Below are positions 11,829 through 27,798 of a DNA stretch of 64,000 bases, piece by piece. The notes under the pieces are model-generated. The model was not told the DNA's origin. It worked only from the letters and a program-made list of their open reading frames with translations, and made no database searches. The DNA comes from Octopus vulgaris (taxonomy: Eukaryota), in assembly GCA_951406725.2 (NCBI GenBank), contig OX597815.1:25544001-25608000 (forward strand). The letters run 5' to 3'. A program made the position numbers and the translations under genes. Positions within the stretch are counted from its first letter, which is position 1. Each line of letters begins with the position of its first letter.

Positions 11829-14800
11829 TACGACAGGCTTCTTTCAGTTTCCGTCTACCAAATCCACTCACAAGGCATTGGTCGGCCCGAGGCTATAGTA
11901 GAAGACACTTGCCCAAGATGCCATGCAGTGGGACTGAACCTGGAACCATGTGGTTCGTAAGCAAGCTACTTACCACACAGCCACTCCTGCGTCTATGTTA
12001 CACTTTATTTCTGTATTAGCTTTTCAATCTCTGTCTGTCTCCTTCTCTCTCTGATAAACACTGCTACTCTGAATCACCTGATGTACATATCTCTCTTCTC
12101 TGTCTCACAGTGAATTAATTTCAGCAACTTTAACTCAACTACTGCTGTGATAGCCATTTGATCAACAAAAAATGGTTAATTCCTTTGACAATGGTTGAGT
12201 TTCAATTCATGAGTGATAAACTTTGGAAATCATTTTTCCAGTTCCTTCTCTAATGATGAATAATTTCTCAGTACACCAAATTTGAAACTTGGGCTTACAA
12301 TCCTTTAGTATTGCAACTTGTTTGTTAATTACTATTTTTCCTTATCTTCTAGCTACTACTTTCCTATCAGTTTCCTAGAAAATCCACACATAAATTTTAT
12401 GTTCCGTATTGATTGGATGCAGTTTAAGGAAGAAGCTGACTACAAGAAATATGTTGCCTGTATGAAGAGTTTTGTAAAGCAGGTAAGTTAAACTAACCTT
12501 GTAGGAGATGAATGCAGTGTGTATGAGCATTTATTGCAAGTTCATTCATGGCTTGCAATAATTATCTTGGTTTCATAATCTAGATAACAGTAGGCCTAGA
12601 GAGATTGGAATGTAATATACAATAGATAACAGAAAATTGAAAAGTGTATATTTGATGATAAAAGATAGAATTGGATGAATAGCTGTTCTGCTGATTTGGC
12701 CGATACATATTAGAAATAAAAAACAGAAAAAAAGTAAATCTGGCATATATCTAGCAATAAGGATCTAGCAAACTACTGTAAATTTTAAGTTTGTTATCTA
12801 TTTGATAAAGAAATGTTGATAATGATGACGTAAGCACATCTTGAGCATGGATTCAATGACTTGTGAATAAAGGGAGAAATATCAAAGCAAACATTCAATA
12901 ACAAGTCCATGTATAGAACTAATCATAGCTGTGTTACCATATGGTAAGTTATCAGAGATATACTTTATCAGCAAGATTGAATGCTAATGCTCAACAGGTT
13001 GAGCACTTATACAAAGAAGGGGTCAAAATAATTTTGACAGAACAGTAAAACCAGTCCCCCAATAATATTAATAACTTTCCATTAAGTAACCAGTTTGCAA
13101 AATATTTTATAAAATTGGTGTTAACATTCTGTTGTGTTGTGCTTAATATCTGACTTTCTGTGAAAACTGAAAGAATCTGCTCTATATAAACAGTAGAGTT
13201 AGTAACTTTTGTGTGTTTATTAACATAATTTTTATTTTGAATTCCATATCTGCTGTTCAGATAAGTTACAGTCTTTTGTGCAGTTTCAGTAGTAGATTTG
13301 TAATGGTGTAGGGTTTTGCTGGATTTGTTGCTATTCTTATTGGCTCCAAGTCAGCTCTGATCAAACAGTAGTGATCTGTAACAGTCCAAACATGACTGTC
13401 TTGTTTGTTTTCCTCATGTGTAATGTATCTAGGATCATATTTCCAAAGTATCTTCCTTTTCTAGGGTGGTAGGGTATGATATGAGGGAGATAAGGCAGCG
13501 AGCTGGCAGAAACGTTAGCACGCCGGGCGAAATGCGTAGCCGTATTTCGTCTGTCGTTACGTTGTGAGTTCAAATTCCGCCGAGGTCGACTTTGCCTTTC
13601 ATCCTTTCGGGGTCGATAAATTAAGTACCAGTTACGCACTGGGGGTCGATGTAATCGACTTAATACCTATGTCTGTCCCTGTTTGTCCTCTCTGTGTTTA
13701 GCCCCTTGTGGGTAATAAAGAAATAGATATGAGGGAGATATACAGTTGCTGTTTTTAGCAAGTTGAATGATTAGGTTCAGGTCTTTTGTTCAATGTACTG
13801 GATTAATTAAAATCAAAGCTCATGAGGGATATTAAAATTACTCTGTGCAATATGTGTTAGTCCCTCAAGCCAGTGAAGCACCTTCTATGTGGTCCCTTGA
13901 CCTGTTAGAAATAACAGCTAATCTCCTTCAAATTACAGCCTACCGTCTTATAAAGTAGGGACATGTTGGATGATATTGTCTGAATGAAAGACAAGTTGGT
14001 CACGGATGGAATGCCGTCGCATACTCTGTTACAGCTGACTTTATTTCCTTGTCTTTACCAGTTTAGCTTTATGGCTGATTCAAACTGAGAACACTGCATT
14101 GATTTGTGTAAATATCCATTTCTACACATCTATGGTAGCATTTTCTGTAGAAATTGCTGATCTTATTTTGAGCAGCAGTGTCTATTAAAGAGTTAGATGG
14201 GCAGATTCTTCTTGTTTTAATTAACCCAGTGGAGGAAATGCAGATCTAAATCCTTGGAATTAAAAAAAAAAGTTGTTTGACAGGTAAAATTAGAATGGCT
14301 TTTTATTGCCAATTTGTTGAAATTTTGTAAAAATGGCTGACACATAATGTTACACATTTTTTTCATTTTTACCTAATGTTAGAGTTTCGTACCACTTCTA
14401 TTGTAAACTTTTCTTTCAGTAGAATTACTATTTATTTTATAACCTCCATAGGGTCAAGTGTAAACTTTACTCGAGCAAGATTTGAACTCCAAATTTAGAT
14501 TGTTTAAAGTATGTTGTCTAATGCTTATTACTTCTGAAGCCAGTAATTAGATGTTAAATAATATAATAATGTTTTTAAAAGATTTTAGAAGATTTGAAGC
14601 TGAATATCTTGGAAAAGTTCTAAAGCTGATTGCATCTAGTTGCTTCTATATTAAATTCTATAATAATTTTGTTTCAGTTGGGTGATATAGAAGCCATTTT
14701 GCTGGAGGGAATTGAGAAGAAGATGATTTGTCCTATTGAGTCAGTGGTATGTTACATCTAATCTATTTTCATTTATTACATCATCAGTGTCATCATTATT

Positions 14801-17783
14801 TTCTGCCTGCTTTCTGTGCAGAAAAAAACATGAGTTGGATATATCATCACATTCCAAGTTATTCGAAGTTATCTCTTGCATACATGTCTTTTTTAGTTCA
14901 GTTTCTATGGCTGGTTTCCCTTCGTAATATCAACCATTTTACTGACTGCACAGGTTGCAGTTTATTGTGGCATCAGCACTAGAGAGGTTGTCATTTTCTC
15001 AGTAACACTAAAAAGGCCTCTCCACTCTACTTTGTCTGCACTCATTTGCTAACTTCATTACAGAGTGTACTGGGTGCATTTTATCATGGCATCAGCGTTA
15101 GTGAGGCTGTCTTCCATCTTGTGAAAACTAAAGAATCCTCACTTCAGAATAGCATGTCTGTGTACTCAAGGCAATGTTTACTCAGGGTTGTAGCAGGAAT
15201 ATTTAGCAATCAAACCCAGACCACTATATCTGATGCAAAAAACAACTCAATCATAATTCACTAGAATATTACCAACATTATCAAAAACTCTGACCATTCA
15301 AGATTTCATGTGGAACCAGATCATCATCATCATCATCGTTTAACGTCCGCTTTCCATGCTAGCATGGGTTGGATGATTTGACTGAGGTTTGGCGAACTAG
15401 ATGGCTGTGCCAGGCTCTAATCTGATCTGGCAGAGTTTCCACAGCTGGATGCCCTTCCTAATGCCAACCACTCCGAGAGTGTAGTGGGTGCTTTTACATG
15501 CCACCGGCACGAGGGCCAATCTGGCGGAACTGGCAACGACCATGAATGGTGTTTTTTATGTGCCAGCAGCACTGGCAACAAATATTAGTATTAAAAATTT
15601 TTTTTATTTGTTTTCCTTTCTTTATATTTATGATTTACTTATTTTCTAGAAAGAAGTTCCTCAACAACTAGAAGACTTAATAAAAAAAATAGACAGTGGA
15701 ACTTCAGTGTTTTTAAACCCATTTAAAAAGACACCAACTAATGAGAAACTGTTAGGAATGTAAGTATTATCCTGAAGTTTATAATTTACCTCTTTGTTTT
15801 TGCTATGGTGTTCATTTTATATGTTTGTTATATCTGTGGACAATTAGAGTGTGCTTTTGCAGCTGGATACTACTTCATGAATTGTTAGTGGATATATATT
15901 TTACAACTGAGTATTTGTTCATAGTCAGATAATCTCCTAGTTTCTAGACACTTCACCATGATATGAGAATTATCCATAGTTTGATATATATCTTTTATCT
16001 TTTAGTTGTTTCAGTCATTGAACTGTGGCCATGCTGGGGCACCACCTCAAAAGACCTAATTGAACAAGTGCTTATATTTTAAGTCTGGTTACTTATTCTA
16101 ATGGTCTCTTTTGTCAGACTGGCAAATATAATATGGGAATGTAAATAAACCAACACCAGTTTGCTAAGTGGTGGCAGCTGACAAATGCAAAAACCCACAC
16201 ACGTCTGCTTCCACACAGTTTCCATCTACCAAAGTCACTTTGAAGGCATTGACTGGCTTAAGGCCACAGTAAAAGAAATCAAGGTGCTGTGGTGGGGCTG
16301 AATCTGAAACCACATGATTGCCAAGCAAGCTTCTTAACCACATAGATGTTTTGAGTTTATGTTCATCATCATCATCATCAACATCATCGTTTAATGTCCG
16401 TTTTCCATGCTAGCATGGGTTGGACGGTTCGACCGGGGTCTGGGAAGCCAGGAGGCTGCACCAGGCTCCAGTCTGATCTGGCAGTGTTTCTACAGCTGGA
16501 TGCCCTTCCTAACGCCAACCACTCTGTGAGTGTAGGGGGTGCTTTTTATGTGCCAGCGGCCACATATATATATATTTATATTGTGAAGGCATGTAGCTTA
16601 GTTGTAAGTTCAATTCTCAGCTGTGTGTTGTGTCCTTGAGCAAGACATTTTATTTCATGTTGCTCCAGTCTGCTCAGCTGGCAAAAATGAGTAGTACCTC
16701 TATTTCAAAGATCCAGCCTTCTCACATTCTGTGTCATGCTGAATGTTGTTTGCAAAAGTATTTATGCTAAAAGGGAAATAAAACTATTCCAGCTAGATGA
16801 CAAACTGTTTTACCAAGAACTTACAGCAGTTCTATGATTCTCATAGCATAATTTTTTAATTGGCCGTGAGTTCCGCAGTGTATTAAGTTATTGGAATACA
16901 AATGAAGACTACTTCCTCACTTCATCTTCAAAGTGTATCTTAGGCAAGTCAGTTTGAACAGATCAGCTCACTTCAGTTGACATATACACTTGAATCTAAC
17001 TCATGAAGCATCATCTAAACAATGTTCCTTCAGAGTATAACAGCAAAAAGTTACCTACTCTTACCTACCATAGCAGTTGTTTACAGACAAATGAACTGTT
17101 TGTTGATACAGAACAATGATGGGACACCAACTACTGATTCTTCAGCTGAGTATCCTATTGTCTTGGCCAGTTGTAACTTTGTGATGTACTTAGTATAGTT
17201 GAAATGCTTAAAAGCTTATTACTGATTTTAATATTTTGTGTCCATATTTCTTTCCCTACTTGCATGAGTTGACTTTTTCTGCAAACTTAGCTGTTTGAGT
17301 TGCTGTAATGTGTGAGGATTTTTAATAGCTGCTGCTCTATTAACTGAATAATTGTTTTGTTATTTAGTGTTTAAAATCCTTGCATGGAAAAACAATTTCA
17401 TTTGACTATGGCTATTTGCCTTGTCTTGGACTCTCACCTCCTAGTGGAGTTGTAAGGATGTGTTGTAACATACAGTATTTCAGACATTTGGGCAATTTAA
17501 ATGTGGCAGAGTTCATCCCTCTTTAGATCTGACTACAGGTGATTTCTTTCAGAAAGAGAGGGAGAGCTGGCAGAAACGTTAGCATGCCGGGCAAAATGCT
17601 TAGTGGTATTTCGTCTGCCGTTACGTTCTGAGTTCAAATTCTGCCGAGGTCGACTTTGCCTTTCATCCTTTCGGGGTCAATAAATTAAGTACCAGTTATG
17701 CACTGGGATCAATGTAATCGACTTAATCTGTTTGTCTGTCCTTGTTTGTCCCCTCTATGTTTAGCTCCTTGTGGGCAATAAAG

Positions 17784-17854
<71 letters not shown>

Positions 17855-20024
17855 TGGTGGGTCGACTCTAGTACCTAATTGGCACTTTATTTATTGACCC
17901 TGAAGGAATGAAGGAAATTCTGTCACTTATTCTTACTCCTATCAGCCAGTGCACTTTTGTGATGAACTGTACATTGGCATAATTTCATCAGGAATGTTAG
18001 ATCCTTTCAACCATTTTCCTTTTTGCATGAAGAATGCTGTTTATAGAACCCTATGCTTATCTAATCATTAATTGCAATTCTGATTAAAAGTCAGAGTATA
18101 AGGCAAGCTGGCAGAATTGTTAGCAAACCAGGTAAAATGCTTGGTGGCATTTCATTTGTCTTTATGTTCTGTGTTCAAATTCTGCCGAGGTCAGCTTTGC
18201 CTTTCATCATAAAATAAGTACCTGTCAAGCACTGGGGTGAATATAATCAGCTTACTCCCTCCCCTGAAATTTCTGGCCTTGTGTCAAAACTTGAAACCAA
18301 TGATATATATGTGTGCATATGTATACTTTGTGTTACTCTATTTTACTTTCTAGGGTGGAAGAAACCAAAACAGAGCTATCTGACATTCTCCAGAATCAAT
18401 TGAAGCCTGCGTTGCAAAAGTTAAAAGAATTTCTTGAAAATGTGAATCATTTAAAATTATATTTTTCTTGTGATAGTTTTGTTATATGGAAATGTGAATA
18501 TTATTTTTATTATGATAAACTTTGAAATTTGTTGTATATGCATGTGTGCGTATAGATGCATGAGTATATTGTGTATGCACATATATACATGTGTGTGTAT
18601 GTGTACACATGCATGTGAGAATGGATTTGAATATTCATCACACAGTTTAAATTTTTATTTTATGGTAGTCAAAATAGTAGATGCTAATCATCATCATCAT
18701 CGTTTAACGTCCGCTTTCCATGCTAGCATGGGTTGGACAATTTGACTGAGGTCTGGCGAACCAGATGGCTGCACCAGGCTCCAGTCTGATCTGGCAGAGT
18801 TTCTACAGCTGGATGCCCTTCCTAACGCCAACCACTCCAAGAGTGTAGGGAGTGCTTTTACGTTCCACTGGCATGAGGGCCAGTCAGGCGGTACTGGCAA
18901 TGACCATGCTCAAATGGTGCTTTTTATGTGCCACCTGCACAGGAGCCAGTCCAGCGGCACTGGCAACGACCTCGCTCGAATGTTTTTTTCATATGCCACC
19001 AGCACAAGTGCTAGTAAGGCGACGCTGGTAACGATCACGCTCGAATGGTGTTTTTAATATGCCATCGACACGAAGGCCAGCTTGTTGCTTTGGCAATGAT
19101 CTCACTAATATGCTAATATATTGGACAAAATGCTAAAAGCCATTACATAACCAGAGTATCTATAAAAGAGTCAAGTAGATATGTATCAAAATCTATCAAC
19201 ATAAGAGGGGATGGTGTAAAGTTCCTGCCTTTAAGAATATTGCAAAAGACCTGGTTGGGTACCCAACCTTCTGAGTCCTTTGACAGGGCTAAGAAAAATT
19301 GAAGAACCATTGCAGTAAGTGTGAATCTGAGAGGGAAATCATCATCATCATCATCATCATCGTTTAACGTCCGCTTTCCATGCTAGCATGGGTTGGACGA
19401 TTTTGACTGAGGGCTTGCGAACCAGATGGCTGCACCAGGCTTCAATCTTGATCAGGCAGAGTTTCTACAGTTGGATGCCCTTCCTAATGCCAACCACTCC
19501 GAGAGTGTAGTTAGTGCTTTTACGTGCCACCGGCATGGGGCTAGTCAGGCGGTACTGGCAACAACCTCGCTCGAATCTTTTACACATGCCACCGGCACAG
19601 GTGCCAGTAAGGTGATGCTGGTAACGATCACGCTTGAATGGTGTCTTTTATGTGCCACTGGCATGGAGGCCAGATAGCCGCTCTGGCAGCGATAATATGT
19701 TGAATAAAATCATAATTACTGTTCCCCCTGTATTTTAGCTAAAACCAGAAATTTTTCAGCACCCCCTTGTACATGTTCACATTCTACCATTTTTACATTA
19801 CAATGGTTTACTAGCTTTGGAAATATGTAGCAGATTTCTCTTAAGTAAATTTCTTAGTTACTTGTAATAGATTTATGGCTTTGTGGTACGAAGCATGTTT
19901 CCCAACCACATGGTTCTGGGTTCAGTCCACTGCATGGCACCTTGGGCAAGTGCTGTCTACTATAGCCTCGGGCCAACCAAAACCTTGTGAGTGGATTTGG
20001 TAGACAGAAACTGAAAGAAGCCTG

Positions 20025-20074
<50 letters not shown>

Positions 20075-20398
20075 TAGAGAAAAATCACTATTATGTAATT
20101 CAAACATTGATAGACATAAACCAAATCATAAAGAAAAAAATAAAATATATAACTAGATCACAAAAAGTACAAAAAAATGAATAAACAATATATAATATAT
20201 AATAAGTACTTTTTGTGATCTAGTTATATGTTTTATAATATATTTTATTTTTTCTTTATGATTTGGTTTATGTCTATCATTGTTTGAATTACACAATAGT
20301 GGTTTTTCTCTAATTTATATATATAATATATTTATATTGTGAAATTTGATTTAATAAAAAATTGAATTTTTCCCTGTAAGTTTGGAGTTATACTCCCT

Positions 20399-20460
<62 letters not shown>

Positions 20461-20462
20461 CA

Positions 20463-20516
<54 letters not shown>

Positions 20517-23500
20517 TTGTGTGTGTATTTGTGTGTGTATATTTATGTGCAGTCTTTGTGTCTGTTTGTCTCCCCCCCACCATCACTTGACAACCAATGG
20601 TGAGGTGTTTATGTCCCCCGTAACTTAGCGGTTCAGCAGAAAAGACCAATAGAATAAATACCAGGCTTACAAAGAATAAGTCCAGGGGTCAATTTCTTTG
20701 ACTAAAAGGCAGTGCTCCAACATGGCCCCAATCAAATGACTGAAACAAGTAAAAGAATAAAAAAATACTCAAAAAGTAACTTTGCTTCTATTCTGTTTAG
20801 TAATCAGGATATGAATATCAGCTTTAGAAACCTGGCACTTCATAAAAGGATATGTTTGATGCATAGTTATTTTTTTCATTCCTCCTTTTTAAATTGACAA
20901 TCTAACACTCCTTAAACTGTTTTTATTTAATTGAAATAAGGTTGCTTTAAGAGTACCAAGAAGTGGGTGGGTGACATTTCTATCCACAAGCATTTTGTTT
21001 CTACTTATATTTGTTGGAAGCATAGCCGTCTTCAAGTTGGTTCTAAGTAGATTATTTGGAGAGAGTGTGTTATCTGTGGAAAGCACTGAGTAGATGATAA
21101 TGAGAGTGGGTGGTAGTTGTTACAAAGATTAGTCTGACCAGCTGTAAATGCTTGGGTAAAAACTGTAATTGAAAGATTTAAAATATTTCCATTGTTGAGT
21201 ATGTTGATGTAGCTTGGCTACAAGGAGTCTCTTCTGGTCGTGATAGTTGCCACCTGATGCTATAGGATTGCTTATATTTTCAGTTTCCGGATACTCCTTT
21301 ACAGTCTGTGTCTAGTGTTGAACGAGAGTCATGCTATTTATGAGTGATAATCATCATCAAGAGAAAAAAAACATGTTTGGGTTATTAAATTTTCACATAT
21401 TTTTTTTTTAAGCAAAAAATATCAAAACTGAACAACTTTAACATTTCAGTTGTGTGCATGTGTTTGTGTATGTATATATATATATATATGGGATTTTTAT
21501 TCCACCTGTTCTTATAAGAAGCAGAGCTATTTATTGTGTAGCATAAACATGACAGCACCATTTCATTCAAATTATGTTATTGTTGTATATTGTTGTATAC
21601 AGGTGCTTTTGACCTGACTTTTTTGTCAACCAGCTACTAGTCTATTTATAATGGCTAGCTACTACCACTTTTTTGGGAGGGGTGTACAGTTTCAGTATAC
21701 AACAATAACAAAATTTGAATGAAATGGTACTGTCATATTTATGTTACACAATAAATAGCTCTGCTTCTTGTAAGAACAGGTGCTTGTAAAATTGCTTGTA
21801 ATATTGCTTCTCTGCTTCTTGTCAATGTTGATCTGGACATGCGTTCCACAATTATTCTACATATACTTTTTGCCAGTGACACCCTAACTTACTCTGATGG
21901 ATTGCTTTGTAGTCTAGAAAACCTCAGTTGCACTCCTGGTCCTCACAGCGAGTAGAATGGAAAACTTCTTAAGCTCAAGCTATTTGACACATAGCTTTCC
22001 TTCTAGCTTCCTGCTAGTCTTCCTCACTCTCTTCACTCTCCACCCCGCTCTTGACAAACCTAGATTTTATGGCTCTATTGTACATTTCACCATTGTAGTG
22101 TATCACTTACTATTTCTTTAGTTCCAGGGCATTTTCCATCTACAAAGCTGGTTTGTGGTTCACATTGGTTAGCTCTCACAAACATTCAATTGTTGTCATC
22201 TTCTTCCAACTTCTTATAATTTAGGTATTATAGCTGGGCCTTATAACCCTATACCTTCCTGCTACAGTTTTATTGCCTGCCTACCTTGCTCTCTCTCACG
22301 GAGAGAGAAAGAGAGAGAGATAGAGAGAGTTTATGTTGGGTAATAAGTGTGAAATATATAAAAATTTTATTGCATGTCTATGTAGGTTTGGTTGTATTGC
22401 AAGTGTGTTTCCAGTTCATTTTGTAATTAAAAAAAAGAATTGTGATGGTTCTTAATTGTTGGTTTATGTTTTCCTCAAGGTATACCTGAAACATTCCCGC
22501 CAAGAACCAGGTGCCTGTTATTTGCCAAACGGGAAGGAGTTTTATGATGCTTGTGTCCGTTTCCATACATCATCCAACCTGAGTCCTGAAGAGATCCACA
22601 AGCTTGGGCTGTCGGAAGTTGAACGTATCAAATCCGAAATTATGAAAATCTACAAGGCTGAGAATCTTCCATTGGACATGAAAGAATGTAGTCAAATACT
22701 TAAGACAAGGAAAGAATTCTTTTGTCAAACAAAGGTAGGCATGGCATTGTTGTTGATTACATATAAATACATAGTAACCCCTTTCATATCCTCTTCATAT
22801 GTAGGGGCCATGGCAGAAAGCCACCATTCCCACAAACATCATCTAGAGTGATTGATGAATGAGACAATCCCTCCAGTGTTGGTACTAGTGCACCCAGTAC
22901 TCACTGGTTAGCAAATGAGTGAACCTGACCTCCAACTGTGTCTAAGGTGATCTCTGGTGAGAGCTAAAATCATGGTTTAATACAATCTCACAATAAACTT
23001 TTAAAATGTTCTTTTGTATTTATGCATCATCATCATCATCGTTTAACGTTCGCTTTCCATGCTAGCATGGGTTGGACGGTTCAACCAGGGTCTGGGAAGC
23101 CAGAAGGTTGCACCAGGCTCCAGTCTAATCTGGCAGTGTTTCTACAGCTGGATGCCCTTCCTAACACCAACCACTCCATGAGTGTAGTGGGTGCTTTTTA
23201 CGTGCCACCGGCACAGGTGCCAGGCGAGGCTGGCAACAGCCATGATCGGATGGTGCTTTTTACATGCCACCAGCACGAAAGTCAGTCAAGGTGGCACTGG
23301 CACCGGCCACGTTTGGATGGTGCTTTTTACGTGCCACTGGCACAGGGATCACAACTACAATTTCCATTGATTTTTGATGTTGATGTACTTGACTCAATAG
23401 GTCTCCTCAAGCACAGGGTCGAAATGGTGTTTCTTTACTTGCCACCTGCACAGGAGTCAAATGGTTTTCTTGATGTCTGCTGCCAAATGTGATTGGCTAT

Positions 23501-26500
23501 AATGTATATCAGCTGGTATGCTGGATGATTGCATGAGTGTTTTATTGTGAGTTGTGATAAAAATTACCAAACATGGTAATAATTCAGATAGAAATGTTGC
23601 AAGATCAAATCTGAGAAGAAACCTGTTACAATTTAATCATCTAAATTCAAACCAGTGGCCCATTTCAGTTACTTCCCGTAGATAATTTTTTTTTAAAAAT
23701 TCAGCAAATTATGGTGGCTGAAAATTATGGTTCTTTCTCTTTTTAAATAATCTACGACAACTGGTTGATGACAATGTTGACGAGGTCAGTTTTTTGGGGA
23801 TGCAAAAGACATTGTGTTTATTGACTATCTTCAAAAGGCCACACCATCAATGGAGAGTATTAAAGCCAACTTACTGAGACAGTTATGAAAGTCTGTCAAG
23901 ACCAAACACCCAGGAAATCTAATGAAAGGTGTCTTTTTCATCAAGATATATTTCTTTACTACCCACAAGGGGCTAAACACAGATGGGACAAACAAGGACA
24001 GACAAAGGGATTAAGTCGATTACATCGACCCCAGTGCGTAACTGGTACTTAATTTATCGACTCCGAAAGGATGAAAGGCAAAGTCTACCTTGGCGGGATT
24101 TGAACTCAGAACGTAACGACAGATGAAATACGGCTACGCATTTCACCCGGCGTGCTAACGTTTCTGCCAGCTCGCCGCATCAAGGTAATGTTGCAGTACA
24201 CAAGCTGTGTGCTGCAACATTGGTTGCTGTGCATGACTTGGCTTTGAATAGGTTGACCACTTCCCCCACTCTCCTGATTTGGCCCCATCTGATTATCATC
24301 CATTCCCCGACATGAAAAACCTTTTGGCTGGGAATGAGAATCACAGTAGTGAGGATGTCATATCTGCTGTTGTTAACTTCTTTGACCAACAGGACGAAAG
24401 CTTCTTCACTAATCAGATCCAAGCAGTGCAAGATCAATTGAAGGAGTGTGTGGACTGCAAGGAGGACTATGTTGAAAAATAAACCTCATTTGGTTACATT
24501 TCATGAGAGTACTTTGATCAGCCTATGAACCTTTCAGCCAACCCTCATTGTATAATCTCATTGCTACTCATGCTACTCATTAATGAGTTGATGGAGCCTT
24601 TAACTAGTCCTTCACCTTGCTAAAAACAGCAACCAGATTTCCTTTAAATGATCCATACCGTCCTACAAAAAAAACTAATAGATATAGTAGATGTTATTGT
24701 CCAGGCTACTATCATCATCATCATCATCATCGTTTAACGTCCACTTTCCATGCTAGCATGGGTTGGACGATTTTGACTGAGGGTTGGCGAATCAGATGGC
24801 TGCACCAGGTTCCAATCTTGATTTGGTAGAGTTTCTAAGCTGGATGCCCTTCCTAATGCCAACCACTCCAAGAGTGTAGTGGGTGCTTTTTATGTGCCAC
24901 CGACATGAGGGCCCGTCAGATGGTACTGGCAACGACCTCGCTCGCTACTATATTCTTGAAAAATGTCAGGATGGTCATACCATTGAATTTGGGCTACTCT
25001 GTCAGGACTGACTTTGGACTAAAGGGTAGCAACATCAACTTCATTATAATTGATGTTTTTGTTACCTGTTAATATTTATATTTTTAATGTAACATGTATG
25101 TATATAGCCAGCCCGGGGCTCTTCTCAGCTGTTCCTAATATAGTAATAGCAGTCAGGCTTATTGGTAAGTGAAGTTTGCAAGGAAGCAGGCTGTGTTAGG
25201 TTGTATTTGTATGTTATCTGATGGTACTCATATCACCTGTAGATATGCAGTTGGTTAGGATGTGATATCCACCATCTTTCTTCTCCTTGTTATTCTATTA
25301 TCATTTTCAGTGTTATCATCATCATTAGTATTTGATAAGTGATTTAACATTTGTTCTTTGATGTGTTAGCTCTGATGCTAAGGCTAGGCTCTTTCTCCTT
25401 GCAGGAAGAATTATTAGAATATGTCAAGAAAATTTGTGAGGATGAAATCATGCCCCTAATTCCAAAATATTTTAAAGATCTTCCAGACATAGAAATGATG
25501 TAAGTAGAACCAAATTTTGTCTTTTAATTATTCCTGCTTTCCAATTTTTTAAAGATTATTCAAACTCCTTAAAAAAGGAGTGTTATATATATAAAAGCAG
25601 GCATTGCATTGTATCTTTGCGCAAGGCATTTTGTTTTATGTTGCTCCAGCCCACTGAGTTAAAAAAAGGAGTACCAGTCTAGTGCTGGTGCAACACTTTC
25701 TCTCTTTAGCTGTCATATCCAAGATATTAAGCTGGGTCAAGGGTGAGCAAGTTGCTGGGTGATTGTATTTGCTCATGGTCACATGAGCTCTTGAGAAAAT
25801 AAGTGAAAGTATGGATACAACAAGGAAGCAGTGATGAAGTTTTGTGGGAGAGGGAGTATAGAACAAATGAAGGGTGGATGCATGTTGTGCTAGGGAAAGA
25901 GAGAGGATGGGGAATAAGTCAGTCAGTGAGCAATTGTGATTGCTATTTTCAACACTAGCTAGAATATACATCCACTATTTTCCATTTTAAAAGAATGTCA
26001 TTTGAAATTTGAATATCAAATTCTGTTTGTGGCTATGAGCCAAAATATTGTAAAGGTTGTTTTTCAATATGCTAGAAAGAATCATTTCTGTTTAATTGTA
26101 ATAGAAAACATAGGAAATATACCAAGTGTAATCTAGTTGTATCAAATGGATGAGGTGTAGATTATCTATCAGATTTGTAGAGCAGAAAACTATAATTCTG
26201 AGAAATATATACCATAAATCCTCAAGTATAATCCACATTTTTTCCCCAAAATTTAATGGTCAAAATCCCTAGTGCGTATTATATACGAGGTTAAAAATGA
26301 AAATTATTTTCTAGGCAATGTCCGAGTCTCTATTTGCTGTCTGGCAATGTTTATTTAAACGCATTTTGTGATGTAGGGTGTGAAAATACCTTAAGCTAAG
26401 CTTGAAAGTAATGCAGTCATAAAGGGATCATCCACAACTTGCAGTAAGCAACATTTATTAAAATAAAAGTATTCAGAACACAGAATAACATGTAACAAAC

Positions 26501-27739
26501 ACAATTTGCAAACATTTACATTCCCATATAACAGTTAAGAACACCACCATTATTGTATTATGCATGCGCAGAAGTGTTTGTTCGACTAGGTGCTGCTGGC
26601 TTAATTATGCATGACTCAAGTTAGAGAAGGGGTTCGTATTATACACAAGGTTTAGATATTTTTAAAGGTACACCCCACTAAAAATCCCCTGTGTATTATA
26701 CTCAAGGGCGGACTATACTCGAGGATTTACAGTATTATATTATGGTTAGACTCAAAGGTTTCTTTGAGTCGTCGTCATCACTACTATCCTTTCGTGTTTG
26801 TTTTTCTTGCTGGGATGGGTTGGACACCAAGGTTTTGTAAACACAGCTTACTTCTTAAATTTAAAGAAATGGATAAATATTTTGAAATTTCTTGGTAATG
26901 GTGTAGCTTACATATTTTTGAAATTTGGTAACTTTTGAGTGTTGATAGCTTTTTACTGTCCTTACAACGTGTTCAGTCAGCATATATTATTTATTTTGCA
27001 AGTTACTAGGCGTGGCAATTAAAATTCTATGACATATGAGCAACTCTCACTTATGCCATTGATATCATTGAAAAAATAAAAAGCATGTTCATTAAAGATC
27101 CGGTGCCAGAGCGGCTAACTGACTTCCGTGCCGGTGGCATGTAAAAGGCACCATTCGAGCGTGATCGTTACCAACATTGCCTTACTGCCGGTGGCATGTG
27201 TAAAAAGATTCGAGCGAGGTTGTTGCCAGTACCGCCTGACTGGCCCTCGTGCCGGCGGCACGTAAAAGCACCCGCTACACTCCCGGAGTGGTTGGCATTA
27301 GGAAGGGTATCCAGCTGTAGAAACTCTGCCAGATCAAGATTGAAGCCTGGTGCAGCCATCTGGTTCGCCAGCCCTCAGTCAAATCGTCCAACCCATGCTA
27401 GCATGGAGAACGGACGTTAAATGATAATGATGATGATTTTCTCTCCTCTGAGTCATAAACTTTTGTGTTCAATAAAGATCTACTCCAACATTAACATTGC
27501 TTAATTAGTATTAAGAAAAATTTCTCATTTAACAATATTTGTAAAACTAGAAACATGTTACTTTTCCAATATAGATAGGTGCAGGCGTAGCTGTGTGGTG
27601 AGAAGCTTGCTTCCTAACCACATGGTCTCAGGTTCAGTCCCACAGCATGGCACCTTAGGCAAGTGTCTTCTACTATAGCCTTGGGCCTACCAAAGCCTTG
27701 TGAGTGGATTTGGTAGACGGAAACTGAAAGAAGGCTGTC

Positions 27740-27798
<59 letters not shown>

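Noticed and set aside
18442-18525. Extension of exon 6 through the open frame to the stop at 18525
   Set aside because: It would truncate the protein before all conserved motifs, whereas the gtgaat donor gives a correct in-phase join to exon 7.
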